A stretch of DNA of 64,000 bases, from positions 192,001 to 256,000 of the forward strand of contig JANRKS010000016.1 in assembly GCA_033763315.1 (NCBI GenBank), read 5' to 3'. The position numbers and the translations under genes were made by a program. Shown here piece after piece: positions 37,913-46,517 of this stretch (position 1 is the first letter of the stretch; each line of letters begins with the position of its first letter). The notes beneath the pieces were generated by a model that was not told the DNA's origin, did not search any database, and saw nothing but the letters and a program-made list of their open reading frames with translations. The stretch is from Deltaproteobacteria bacterium. GTDB taxonomy: Bacteria; Myxococcota_A; Polyangia; Fen-1088.

Positions 37913-39229
37913 GTGCCCGCAATGATTTGGACCGCGCTCTTTTTAGCTCTCGAAACGCGGGGCGCCGCCGGGATCACAAGTGAAGTGCGCGCCGGACGCG
38001 CGCCTGTGTCGTGGGGCCAACCCGCTGAGACCACGGTGGCCTGGACCACGATTCCGTCGTTGAGCCTGTTCGCGTTTGATTCTGTGAAAAGCCTCAGCCT
38101 AAGCTACACGCCGCGGATTCTGTTGCGTGAGCCGAACATCGAACGCCGCTTGCGGCCGATCGTGTTGCATCAAGCCACGTTGCTGGGCTCTGCGCGGCTG
38201 ACGCCCCGGATGCAAGGATCACTTTCCGCAATGGGCGCGGTGGGCGAGCTCGATTATTCAGCGTGGCAACAGGTGCTGGGCAACACGGGGCCGAACGTGC
38301 CGCGCACCAACCGCTTGGCGCAAGCGGGGGCGCAGGGGCACCTGGACTTTAAGGCCTCGCCGTCGCTGACACTCGAAACCGACGCGCGCGCCTCCGTGTG
38401 GGCGCCCTTGTCGAAACAAACGCAAGCGACAGAGCAGCCTATCCCCGGACAAACAAGCTTCGTGTTGGCGCGGCAGACCAACCTCGGCTTGCAACAATCG
38501 TTGGTGGAGCAACTGTCGCGTCGAACGCGCGTCAACGCCGCAGTCGATGGTGCGTATTATCGATCGTCGGCAGGATTGCGCATATACACCATCACGCCCA
38601 GCGCAGGCTTTTCGCACTTGTTTTCGGCGCATGGAACCGTGAGCGCATCCTTGGGCATCACGATGGCTCATGAGAGCACGCCGTCCCAGCTTGGCCGCCC
38701 GGACAACTGGCGTGTGGTGCCGGCGTCAAACTTCCGCGTCGCGAATCTTTTGGTGGGTGGCAGCGGCGGGCGTCGCCTTGAAGGAGAATTCGGCGGCTCG
38801 ACGGCTTATTTCGTGGATCCTGTTTTGGGGCGCGGGCGGTTGCGCGGCCTGGTGCTGGCGCGCTTGCGGGCGGTGTTTTCGCACGCGTGGAACGCGGCTT
38901 TGGAAGTGAATTTCTCCACGTCGCTGATGAAACATCCGTTGTTGCTGTCGAACGTGCCCACGGTGGATCCAATCACGCAGCAAGCGTTGGTCAACCAATA
39001 TCCTTACGAGACACAACTCATCGCCGTGCTGCCCGTGCGGTGGCAACCGTCGCCCGCGTATACGGTGGAGATGGGCCTGCGATTCACAGAGCGCGGTCCC
39101 CATTGGCGCGCACCCGGGTTTTCATTGCGTGAGCGAGAAACCTGGGGCTATGTGTTGGGCACGGCTTTGTTCGACTTTGGCGGCCACACGCCGGCCACCA
39201 TACCCACACCCGCCACAACGGCGCGATAG
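37913..39229 (+). CDS. Probable outer-membrane beta-barrel partner of the OPX (EpsX/Wzp-like)
   Basis: Signal-like N-terminus, repeated amphipathic beta-strand pattern, position directly after the short OPX; family assignment is by context. Confidence 0.65.
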   Translation: MPAMIWTALFLALETRGAAGITSEVRAGRAPVSWGQPAETTVAWTTIPSLSLFAFDSVKSLSLSYTPRILLREPNIERRLRPIVLHQATLLGSARLTPRMQGSLSAMGAVGELDYSAWQQVLGNTGPNVPRTNRLAQAGAQGHLDFKASPSLTLETDARASVWAPLSKQTQATEQPIPGQTSFVLARQTNLGLQQSLVEQLSRRTRVNAAVDGAYYRSSAGLRIYTITPSAGFSHLFSAHGTVSASLGITMAHESTPSQLGRPDNWRVVPASNFRVANLLVGGSGGRRLEGEFGGSTAYFVDPVLGRGRLRGLVLARLRAVFSHAWNAALEVNFSTSLMKHPLLLSNVPTVDPITQQALVNQYPYETQLIAVLPVRWQPSPAYTVEMGLRFTERGPHWRAPGFSLRERETWGYVLGTALFDFGGHTPATIPTPATTAR

Positions 39230-39238
39230 ATCCACATT

Positions 39239-39826
39239 ATGAACATGAACGACAGCGCCGGCTGGGTGGGAGGCTGGACCCCGGGCATTGGGGATCCCAG
39301 CGTCGCGGGATGGGTGACTGTGTTTGCTTACGCCGCAGCCGCTTATCTATGCGGCCGCGCCTATCGACGTTCGAAGCATGCGCGCACGCCGCCCGCACAG
39401 CACCACGTGCATCGAGCGTGGGCAGCGCTGACGTTTGGCATGCTGGCCTTGGGCATCAATAAACAACTGGATCTGCAAACGGCGCTGACCGAGGCCGGGC
39501 GCGCCTTGGCGTTGCAGCAAGGTTGGTTCGAAGGGCGTCGCGTGGTGCAAGCGGCGTTCGTCCTGATCGTGGCCATCGTGGCTTTGGTGATGGCGGCTTG
39601 GCTGTGGCTGCAAACGAGGCACGGAACACCGCCTTTACGGCGGGCGTTTGTGGGCGCCGTGGCGCTGGGGGCATTCGTGGTGATTCGCGCGGCTTCATTT
39701 CACCACGTGGACCTGCTGCTGGGCCACGCCTTTGTGGGGCTGCGGCTCAACGTGCTTCTTGAGCTGGCGGGCATCGCCTGGGTGGCGTTTGGGGCCGCGA
39801 GCGAACGTGCTTTACGGCGCGTTTGA
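39239..39826 (+). CDS. Hypothetical multi-pass membrane protein in EPS export operon
   Basis: WTPGIGDPSVAGW, LGINKQLDLQT, IRAASFHHVD; about 5 TM helices. Confidence 0.75.
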   Translation: MNMNDSAGWVGGWTPGIGDPSVAGWVTVFAYAAAAYLCGRAYRRSKHARTPPAQHHVHRAWAALTFGMLALGINKQLDLQTALTEAGRALALQQGWFEGRRVVQAAFVLIVAIVALVMAAWLWLQTRHGTPPLRRAFVGAVALGAFVVIRAASFHHVDLLLGHAFVGLRLNVLLELAGIAWVAFGAASERALRRV

Positions 39827-41986
39827 GAGAGCGTCGGGCAAGGTGGCAGCAGCAGGCGCGGGATCCGGGGCTGCGGCGCGGCGCGAGGGAGACGTTGCGT
39901 TCATCGGCGCGGCGGCTGGCGCGGCAGCCGGCGTGGGTGCAGCGACAGGAGCCACATTGGCGACCGGCGCGGCGGGCGCAGCGGCCACGGGCGCCGATGG
40001 CGCAGGGGCTGCCGGCGATGGCGACGCCGCCGATGGCGCCGCGGGCACAGCGGCCACGGGCGCGGCGGCGGCGGGCGCGGACGTTTCAGTGTGTGGGGTG
40101 CGGCTGAGCACAATGGCCACCGCCACGGATCCCAGCGCCGCGCCGAGCAGCCCGGCCACAAACCACCCCAAGGCGAACGCCGGGCGGCCCTCCGCCTTCG
40201 AACGCCGCAATTCGGGGTCGGCGCCGTCGTTGATCTGGGGCACACCCATGCGCGGTGTGAATTGGCGCGGCAAAATCATCGTGCGTGTGGGCCCACCCGG
40301 CGGCCCCAACGGTAATTCTGCCGTGTCTTTCGGTTGCGCTTGCACCAGCGGCGCCGCGCCCTCGGTGTCGATGTCGGCGGCATCAAGCAGGATCAAGCGA
40401 CGCCGCTCCGCGAACTGTTCGCTGCCGCTGTCACGAACCCAGGTGGACACTTGCCCCGACGTCGCAAACAGGCCATTGCCGGCCGCCGCCGTCTGCAGGG
40501 CCACACGCATTTCGTCGGCACTGCGAAAGCGCGTCTCCGGGTTGCGCGAAAGGGCTCGCAAACAAACATCGTCTAAGCACGCTGGCGCGCCAAATGAACT
40601 GGGGCGATCGATCGGGCGCCGCAAAGTGTTCATCACGGTGGCCTCGAACGTTTCTTCGGCAAACAACGTTTTGCCGGTCAAAGCTGTCCACAGGACGATG
40701 CCCAGCGAGAACAGATCGGTGCGGCCGTCAATGCGCTGGCCCTGCATCTGCTCCGGCGCCATGAAGCCTGGCTTGCCCACCATGCCGCGTGCATCCAAAG
40801 ACTGCACGGCGCCGGCCGGCCTGACGCGGCCAAAGTCGGTGAGGCGCGCGCTGCCATCAACGCCAACCAAGATGTTGTCGGGCGATAAATCGCCGTGCAC
40901 CAAGCGCAACGGGCGGCCGTCGTCGTCGATGAGATCGTGCAAATACTGAAGCCCCGAAAGCACATCGCACATGACCGAGACGATTGCGGCCGCCGGGGCC
41001 GGTCGGCCCGTGCCAAGCAGCTCCTGCAGGTTCAGACCCTCAACGTAGGGCATGATTAGATACGGCTGCTGTTCATAAAGCCCGGCATCAAGCACCCCGT
41101 TGAGTTGCGGGTGGGAAAGCTTGCCGCCAATGCGCGCCTCAGTCGCAAACGCGTGCTCGGCGTCGACGGTCTTATCCAGATGTTGACGTATCACCTTGAG
41201 CGCAAACAAGCGCCGAAAACCGAAAGCGCCGGAGCGCGAACACAAATAGACAGAACCAACGCCACCTTTGGCCAAGCGCCCCACCACACGGTAAGGGCCC
41301 ACGTGAATGCGTTTCTCAAGCCCCGAGGGCGGTTCGGGCGGCGGAGCGTCCTCCACAGGAGGCTGGTTTTCCGGGTACACAAAGGAAACGTAGGGCGAGG
41401 CGCGGCGTGCCCGTGCAGCCGAAACCACTTCCATCTCGCCCGAGACGGAGCGCGGCCCGGGGGACGAGGGCGTCTCGGCGATGGGCGCCTCTGAAGGCGG
41501 GGGCGATGCAACCTCCTCGGGCGGCACCGGCGCAGGCGCAGCGACAGCCGCCTCTGCGGCCGGCGCCTCAACCATCGGGCTCGGTGTCACCGCACGGGGG
41601 CGCGCTTCGGACGGGCCAGATCCCGCCACCTGGATGGGCGCGGGCATCGGCGAGGTGCTGCGCCCTTGGGCGCCCAAGCGGGCGCGGCGCTGCTCCAGCA
41701 GCTCGGTTAAATCCATGGTGGTGCTGCCCGCGGGCGCGCCGACGTTGCTGGGCAAAGGCTCTGCAATGCCACGATCCACCAAAGCCCGTAGGATGCGTGT
41801 GGTGGCAAAACCAGGCAAGCCGCTGGAGCTGAGGATTTCGTTCACGGTTCGCCTCCCATTGACCAGCGCGCAAACCCGCGATTCATCGGCATTCAGTGTG
41901 GAGCGCTCGGCAACATCGGCCCCGCGCAGTCGTAAAACGACGCTGCCGGGAAGGCGGTTCGATGTTGATTCGTTGGTGAGCTTCAT
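39812..41986 (-). CDS. Hanks-type Ser/Thr protein kinase (N-terminal wHTH-like domain, kinase, TM, Ala/Pro tail)
   Basis: LAKGGVGSVY, ALK, TEARI, HGDLSPDN, DFG, MAPEQ, DLFSLG; C-terminal TM; start at ATG 41986. Confidence 0.9.
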   Translation of the reverse strand: MKLTNESTSNRLPGSVVLRLRGADVAERSTLNADESRVCALVNGRRTVNEILSSSGLPGFATTRILRALVDRGIAEPLPSNVGAPAGSTTMDLTELLEQRRARLGAQGRSTSPMPAPIQVAGSGPSEARPRAVTPSPMVEAPAAEAAVAAPAPVPPEEVASPPPSEAPIAETPSSPGPRSVSGEMEVVSAARARRASPYVSFVYPENQPPVEDAPPPEPPSGLEKRIHVGPYRVVGRLAKGGVGSVYLCSRSGAFGFRRLFALKVIRQHLDKTVDAEHAFATEARIGGKLSHPQLNGVLDAGLYEQQPYLIMPYVEGLNLQELLGTGRPAPAAAIVSVMCDVLSGLQYLHDLIDDDGRPLRLVHGDLSPDNILVGVDGSARLTDFGRVRPAGAVQSLDARGMVGKPGFMAPEQMQGQRIDGRTDLFSLGIVLWTALTGKTLFAEETFEATVMNTLRRPIDRPSSFGAPACLDDVCLRALSRNPETRFRSADEMRVALQTAAAGNGLFATSGQVSTWVRDSGSEQFAERRRLILLDAADIDTEGAAPLVQAQPKDTAELPLGPPGGPTRTMILPRQFTPRMGVPQINDGADPELRRSKAEGRPAFALGWFVAGLLGAALGSVAVAIVLSRTPHTETSAPAAAAPVAAVPAAPSAASPSPAAPAPSAPVAAAPAAPVANVAPVAAPTPAAAPAAAPMNATSPSRRAAAPDPAPAAATLPDALSNAP

Positions 41987-42118
41987 TGCGACACTGCGAG
42001 GGCCGGCGTCAAAATACCACGGCCTGAGGCACGTGGAATTATGTCGACTGACGCGCCGGGGCGCCGAAAGGGCCACCCACTATACAACACGTGAACCACG
42101 CGCGACCCGACCCGCAGG

Positions 42119-44698
42119 CTAAGGCCTTGACCGCTCTATGGTGAGGTAATGGCCGCGCGGGAATATGAAGCAGCTGCGATCGGCCTGCGCGCTCAGAGGG
42201 ACCACACCTTCCACCGCCCCGCTCGGACCGAGCGACTTAACAACAGCGCCAGCACCCGCATTGACACAAGCTTGGCCACGCACAGGTTCAGCCAGGTAAG
42301 GTAGCGCATCGTTTTTCCCAGGCACAGCCTGCGCAACGTAGGAGACCAGCCAGCGGCGCGACTGTGCGAGCGGCAACCCATCCAAGCTGCTGAAGGCCAC
42401 GGCCGCCTTCGCGGTGGTCAGCCGCAGTTCCACATCCCGCAGCGCGATCGTGCGGCCGCCAAGCCAGCCCGCGGCGGCTTGCGACAGCGGTGTGTCAACG
42501 GTGTGAAAGCCAGCCGCGAAGTCGCGCTTGAGCTCGCCCGTGTCGGACGTAATCTCGGACGCCCCGGGCGGGAGAAAATCTTTGTTGGGATCGTGGATGC
42601 GCTCGGGGCCCACCGCTTGGGCGCCGCGCTTGTCTTTGCCGGCAGGCTTGGGGCCCCCAGGCAATTCAATCGAGATGCGGCTTTGTTCGGTCAGTGTGCG
42701 CACAGCTGGGCACGCGGCATTGGTGCCGCCGTAAAGCTGATCCTTGGTCAGCGTCAGCGCGTAGCTGCGACGCGCTGGTTGCACGTGCCCTGCCCTAAAC
42801 AGCAAAGCCGCCGCGGGCATCATGACCAGCAACGCAGGGTCCACGGCGCTGGCCCAGCGATCGCGGCGGTCGGGCGGATCGGCTGAGGTTTGTTGATAAG
42901 CGAAGTGCATGGCGGCGTTCCACCCCTGCAGCGAAGCCACAGCCGCAAAACGCAGGGGTACGGTGAAGCGATCGCGAATGAGCGGCCCATCGGCACCCCA
43001 TTCGGAAACGGCGAGGGGCAAGCCGCGCACGCGTGCGCCAGCGATCCAATCCAATAGGCCCGCGGCAAAGCGCGGGTTGCGAGATAACTCTTCTTCGTCG
43101 CCGTAGGCATGCACGTCGATGAGGTCACCGTGCAGGAGCGGCGGCAAAAACCAGAAGGCCGCTTGCCCCCAGGTGGGGCTGACAGCGATGAGCGACTTGC
43201 AGCCAAAACCGCGCAAGTTCGCCACAGCACGGGAGAAGAAGCGGCCTTCAATGTCGGCCAACACTTGCTTGCCGTCGCCCGCCGCCCACGTGTCTTTGGC
43301 CCGCACATGCGGCAGCGCCAAGCGCGTGCCAGCTTCGTTCACAACCTCTTCAAACAAACCCTCATGCAACGGATGGCCGCCGCCAGGATAGAGCATGGGG
43401 CCGAAGTGGCTGCCCAGATCCGCCTCATTGAGCACCTGCACAGCAAAGATGCCTGGATTGTCGGCGTAGCGCTTGCCCGTAAGCGTGCTCTTGCGATCTA
43501 GATATTGTTTTGCGAACTCGTGCATCAGCCGTTCAAGCGAGGGGTTCACAAACGCGAACGCGCGCGCTTGGTTCGCGTCCGTGATCTCAGCCACGCCGGC
43601 GGCTTTGTCGGCCCCCTTGAACAGGCGCCCCACGTGCAAATCGAGCCACACATAGATGCCTTCGTCGTTGAGGCATTTGACCCAGCGGTCGATCTTCGCC
43701 AAAGCCTCCGGCCGCAAGGAACGCGTAGAAGCGGGCGGCGCCGGAAACACATTGGGTTGCACCCAATCCGAATCGTGGTGATGCAAGCGCGCCAAGTTAA
43801 AACCGAGCGCGGCCAACCGCTTGGCCTGCGCACAGATGTTTTCATCCGACCCGCTGAACAACATGTAGCCCGTGAGATTGGTGCCCCACAACCGCAGCGG
43901 CTTTCCCGCACCATCAAGCAAGGCTTCACCGGCGGCCAAAATGCGCCCATGCACGCCGGCGGGGCGATCGTTGGCGTTGAGGAAGGAAACATCCACCGGA
44001 GCTTTTTCCCAAACGATCGTGTCGGCTTGCCACGCGCTTGAGTCGGTGGCGTAAGCAGCGTCGCGGGCGGGCACGGCTTTGCCGCCCTCGGGCAATTGCA
44101 CAGTCATGGTGAAACGGCTGCGCCCCACCGGCGTTTTGGGCCCCACAAAGAGGCAGCGAATGTGATCCTTGCCGCCGCCTTCAAAATACAAATCGGCCAG
44201 CGCGCGGCTGAATACCACTTGCAGGTTTTGGCCCTTGGCCGTTTGCCAGCGAAAACCTTTATTGCCGGGCAACAGCGTGGGTTCAGCATCGCCCAAGCTG
44301 CGTGTGAGAAAGAATTCGATGCCGCCACCCACGGCCTCGGCCACAGAACGCGCGGTGGTGACATCGTAATCAATTACGAGCCCCGTCTTTGTTGCGCTGG
44401 TGGTGCCCAAGATGGTGACGCCCAGGTCCGCCACGCCGATCGAAAACTTGGCCGCCGCTGGACCTGGAGGCAAAGCAGTGATCTTCACATCTTGCCAGCC
44501 CCAAGCAGGACCCCAAAACGCATAAGTGCTGCGCATGGCATCCGTGTATTGCGCCCGCGCCAACACGCCCCCGTCTTGCGCGGGTTGCACCGTCCACCCA
44601 GCGAAGGGCGCGACCGCTCCTGTAACTTCGCCGCCCCACAGTGGCGCGGCCGCAAGCAGCGCGGCCCCCACAACCAACCAAACCGTCCGTGTGCGCAT
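42119..44698 (-). CDS. Secreted clan GH-A (GH5-like) glycoside hydrolase
   Basis: Signal peptide; LRLWGTN, RLHH, LNE (acid/base), DVHAY, VSEW (nucleophile). Confidence 0.78.
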   Translation of the reverse strand: MRTRTVWLVVGAALLAAAPLWGGEVTGAVAPFAGWTVQPAQDGGVLARAQYTDAMRSTYAFWGPAWGWQDVKITALPPGPAAAKFSIGVADLGVTILGTTSATKTGLVIDYDVTTARSVAEAVGGGIEFFLTRSLGDAEPTLLPGNKGFRWQTAKGQNLQVVFSRALADLYFEGGGKDHIRCLFVGPKTPVGRSRFTMTVQLPEGGKAVPARDAAYATDSSAWQADTIVWEKAPVDVSFLNANDRPAGVHGRILAAGEALLDGAGKPLRLWGTNLTGYMLFSGSDENICAQAKRLAALGFNLARLHHHDSDWVQPNVFPAPPASTRSLRPEALAKIDRWVKCLNDEGIYVWLDLHVGRLFKGADKAAGVAEITDANQARAFAFVNPSLERLMHEFAKQYLDRKSTLTGKRYADNPGIFAVQVLNEADLGSHFGPMLYPGGGHPLHEGLFEEVVNEAGTRLALPHVRAKDTWAAGDGKQVLADIEGRFFSRAVANLRGFGCKSLIAVSPTWGQAAFWFLPPLLHGDLIDVHAYGDEEELSRNPRFAAGLLDWIAGARVRGLPLAVSEWGADGPLIRDRFTVPLRFAAVASLQGWNAAMHFAYQQTSADPPDRRDRWASAVDPALLVMMPAAALLFRAGHVQPARRSYALTLTKDQLYGGTNAACPAVRTLTEQSRISIELPGGPKPAGKDKRGAQAVGPERIHDPNKDFLPPGASEITSDTGELKRDFAAGFHTVDTPLSQAAAGWLGGRTIALRDVELRLTTAKAAVAFSSLDGLPLAQSRRWLVSYVAQAVPGKNDALPYLAEPVRGQACVNAGAGAVVKSLGPSGAVEGVVPLSAQADRSCFIFPRGHYLTIERSRP

Positions 44699-44859
44699 GT
44701 TCAAGCTCCCGTGGGCTTCTTAGCGCGCCGCCGGTTTGGCGGCAGCCTGGCTGCTATGATAAAGACCGTGCGCCGCGTACGCCGGCACCAGGACATGAAC
44801 GTGGCAACGAACAACAACAGGGGCAGTGGGGGGCAGGGGATGGCACAAAGGGCGTTGCG

Positions 44860-45537
44860 ATGACGGCGGGCTATTACACAAGTTGCGCCCCAGGGGGATT
44901 GCACCGGGGTCTGCGCGCGCGGCTCACACGGCTGCAGGTGCAATGGGTGTTAAACAAACACGGCGTGCGCTTCCGGTTTGGCATCTTCGCCGATGCGGTG
45001 CCCCAGCTGCACTTTACGGATCTGCGGCGGCCCAACGTCGAGGTCAGCGATTTCGCCGGTAAGATCGTGCTCGGCGATGATTGCTGCTTGCTTTCTGCGG
45101 GCGTGTCGCCGTTTCCGGCGGGCCCCGTGCGGCTCACGGTTATCAAGTGGGGCGATGCCCCGGATGATTGTGGGCAAATCATTTGCAACTCGGGCTTGAT
45201 TGGCACTTCGATCGTTTCAATGGCCAAAGTCACCATCGGCAGCCGCGTGCGGTTCGCGCCCCAGGTGGTCATCATGGATACGGACGGGCATGTGATCGAT
45301 CCGGCCGATCGGCACAATGACGCTGGTGTGCCACAAGCGCTGCCGATTGTGATCGAGGACGACGTGTGGGTGGGTTATGGCGCCACCATTTTAAAGGGCG
45401 TCACCTTGGGCCAGGGCGCCGTGGTGGGCGCGGGCTCCATCGTCACGAAGTCCGTCCCTCCCCACACCATCGTCGTGGGCAATCCCGCCAGGCCCGTGGG
45501 CTCGCGACCCGTCAGCTTGACCAACATTGCGAGCTGA
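44860..45537 (+). CDS. Hexapeptide-repeat acyltransferase (sugar O-acetyltransferase-like)
   Basis: IMDTDGH, IEDDVWVGYGATILKGVTLG, VGAGSIVTK, GNPAR. Confidence 0.88.
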   Translation: MTAGYYTSCAPGGLHRGLRARLTRLQVQWVLNKHGVRFRFGIFADAVPQLHFTDLRRPNVEVSDFAGKIVLGDDCCLLSAGVSPFPAGPVRLTVIKWGDAPDDCGQIICNSGLIGTSIVSMAKVTIGSRVRFAPQVVIMDTDGHVIDPADRHNDAGVPQALPIVIEDDVWVGYGATILKGVTLGQGAVVGAGSIVTKSVPPHTIVVGNPARPVGSRPVSLTNIAS

Positions 45538-45629
45538 GCCGTGCGAAACGCAGCCGTTGCATGCACCGCGTGCGCGTATGCAAACATTCCACGGTTTTTC
45601 TGGCGGCATCGGCGGCCGCTCGGATAAAA

Positions 45630-46517
45630 ATGCCCAGGATGGAGTTTCCGAGCGTTTCCTTTTCTACTGACGAGGCGAACGCCGCTCAAGCGGACGCAGA
45701 TAAGACCGACGCGGCGGTGCGCTTCTTTCGCGAGTGCGGTGCCGTGCGTTTGCTGAACGTGTTCACCGAGGGCTTTCGAGAGCGGCTTCGGCAACACTAC
45801 ATGGCCCAATACCGGCTGGAGATGGAGGCCACGCGCCAGGCGGACAAACGGCCGCTGTTCACCGTGCACGTGGAAGGCCCTGTGGCCGAAGAATCGTATC
45901 TGGCAAACCCTTTGGTGGCGCCGATTGTTGAACGTCTGTTGGGCAAAGATTTCGTGCTGGGGGCGGTGAGCACGGTGATCTCTTTTCCCGGATCACCTCA
46001 ACAATTTGTTCACCGCGATTCGCCGTCTTTGTGTGGCGACTACAGCGTCGACGCCACGCTGCCCCCTTACGCCCTCACAACGCTGATCCCGATGGTGGAC
46101 GCGAACACCGAAACGGGATCCACGCGGGTGTGGTTGGGCTCACACCGGCTGGCAAACGCGGACCAGCGCGAGACGTTGCCTTCGGATTCGCCCGACGTCC
46201 CATTCGGCTCCATGCTGATGACCGATTCACGCGTCTTGCATTGCGGCTCGCCCAACCAATCCCAGCGGGTGCGGCCTTTGCTTTACAACACGTACCATCG
46301 CAACTGGTTCCGTGATTTTTCTGGGTATGAGCGCCGGCAAGCGGTGAGCGTGAGCCGCAAAGTGCGGGCCCAGATGCCTCCGCATGTGGCGCAGCGGTTC
46401 CGCATTGCCGACGAGGCCAATGGCCAGCCCGAAGGGCCGCTGCCCTTGCCGGGGTTGCTCGCCAACGCTTTGCCGCCAGGCTTGCAAAAGCTTGTGGTCG
46501 GGAGGCGCAACGTATGA
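45630..46517 (+). CDS. Phytanoyl-CoA dioxygenase (PhyH) family Fe(II)/2OG enzyme
   Basis: QFVHRD (HxD), GSTRVWLGSH, DSRVLHCGSPN...R. Confidence 0.88.
   Translation: MPRMEFPSVSFSTDEANAAQADADKTDAAVRFFRECGAVRLLNVFTEGFRERLRQHYMAQYRLEMEATRQADKRPLFTVHVEGPVAEESYLANPLVAPIVERLLGKDFVLGAVSTVISFPGSPQQFVHRDSPSLCGDYSVDATLPPYALTTLIPMVDANTETGSTRVWLGSHRLANADQRETLPSDSPDVPFGSMLMTDSRVLHCGSPNQSQRVRPLLYNTYHRNWFRDFSGYERRQAVSVSRKVRAQMPPHVAQRFRIADEANGQPEGPLPLPGLLANALPPGLQKLVVGRRNV

Noticed and set aside
39732-40949. 405-aa Ala/Gly-rich plus-strand ORF
   Set aside because: Antisense to the kinase; its low complexity mirrors the kinase Ala/Pro tail
39812-41986. Kinase as a pseudokinase
   Set aside because: The VAIK-type Lys, helix-C Glu, catalytic Asp/Asn and DFG are all present; only the RD Arg is changed
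44841-44858. TGGCAC...TTGC sigma-54-like promoter
   Set aside because: The spacer is 8 nt rather than the required 5, and the site abuts the start codon
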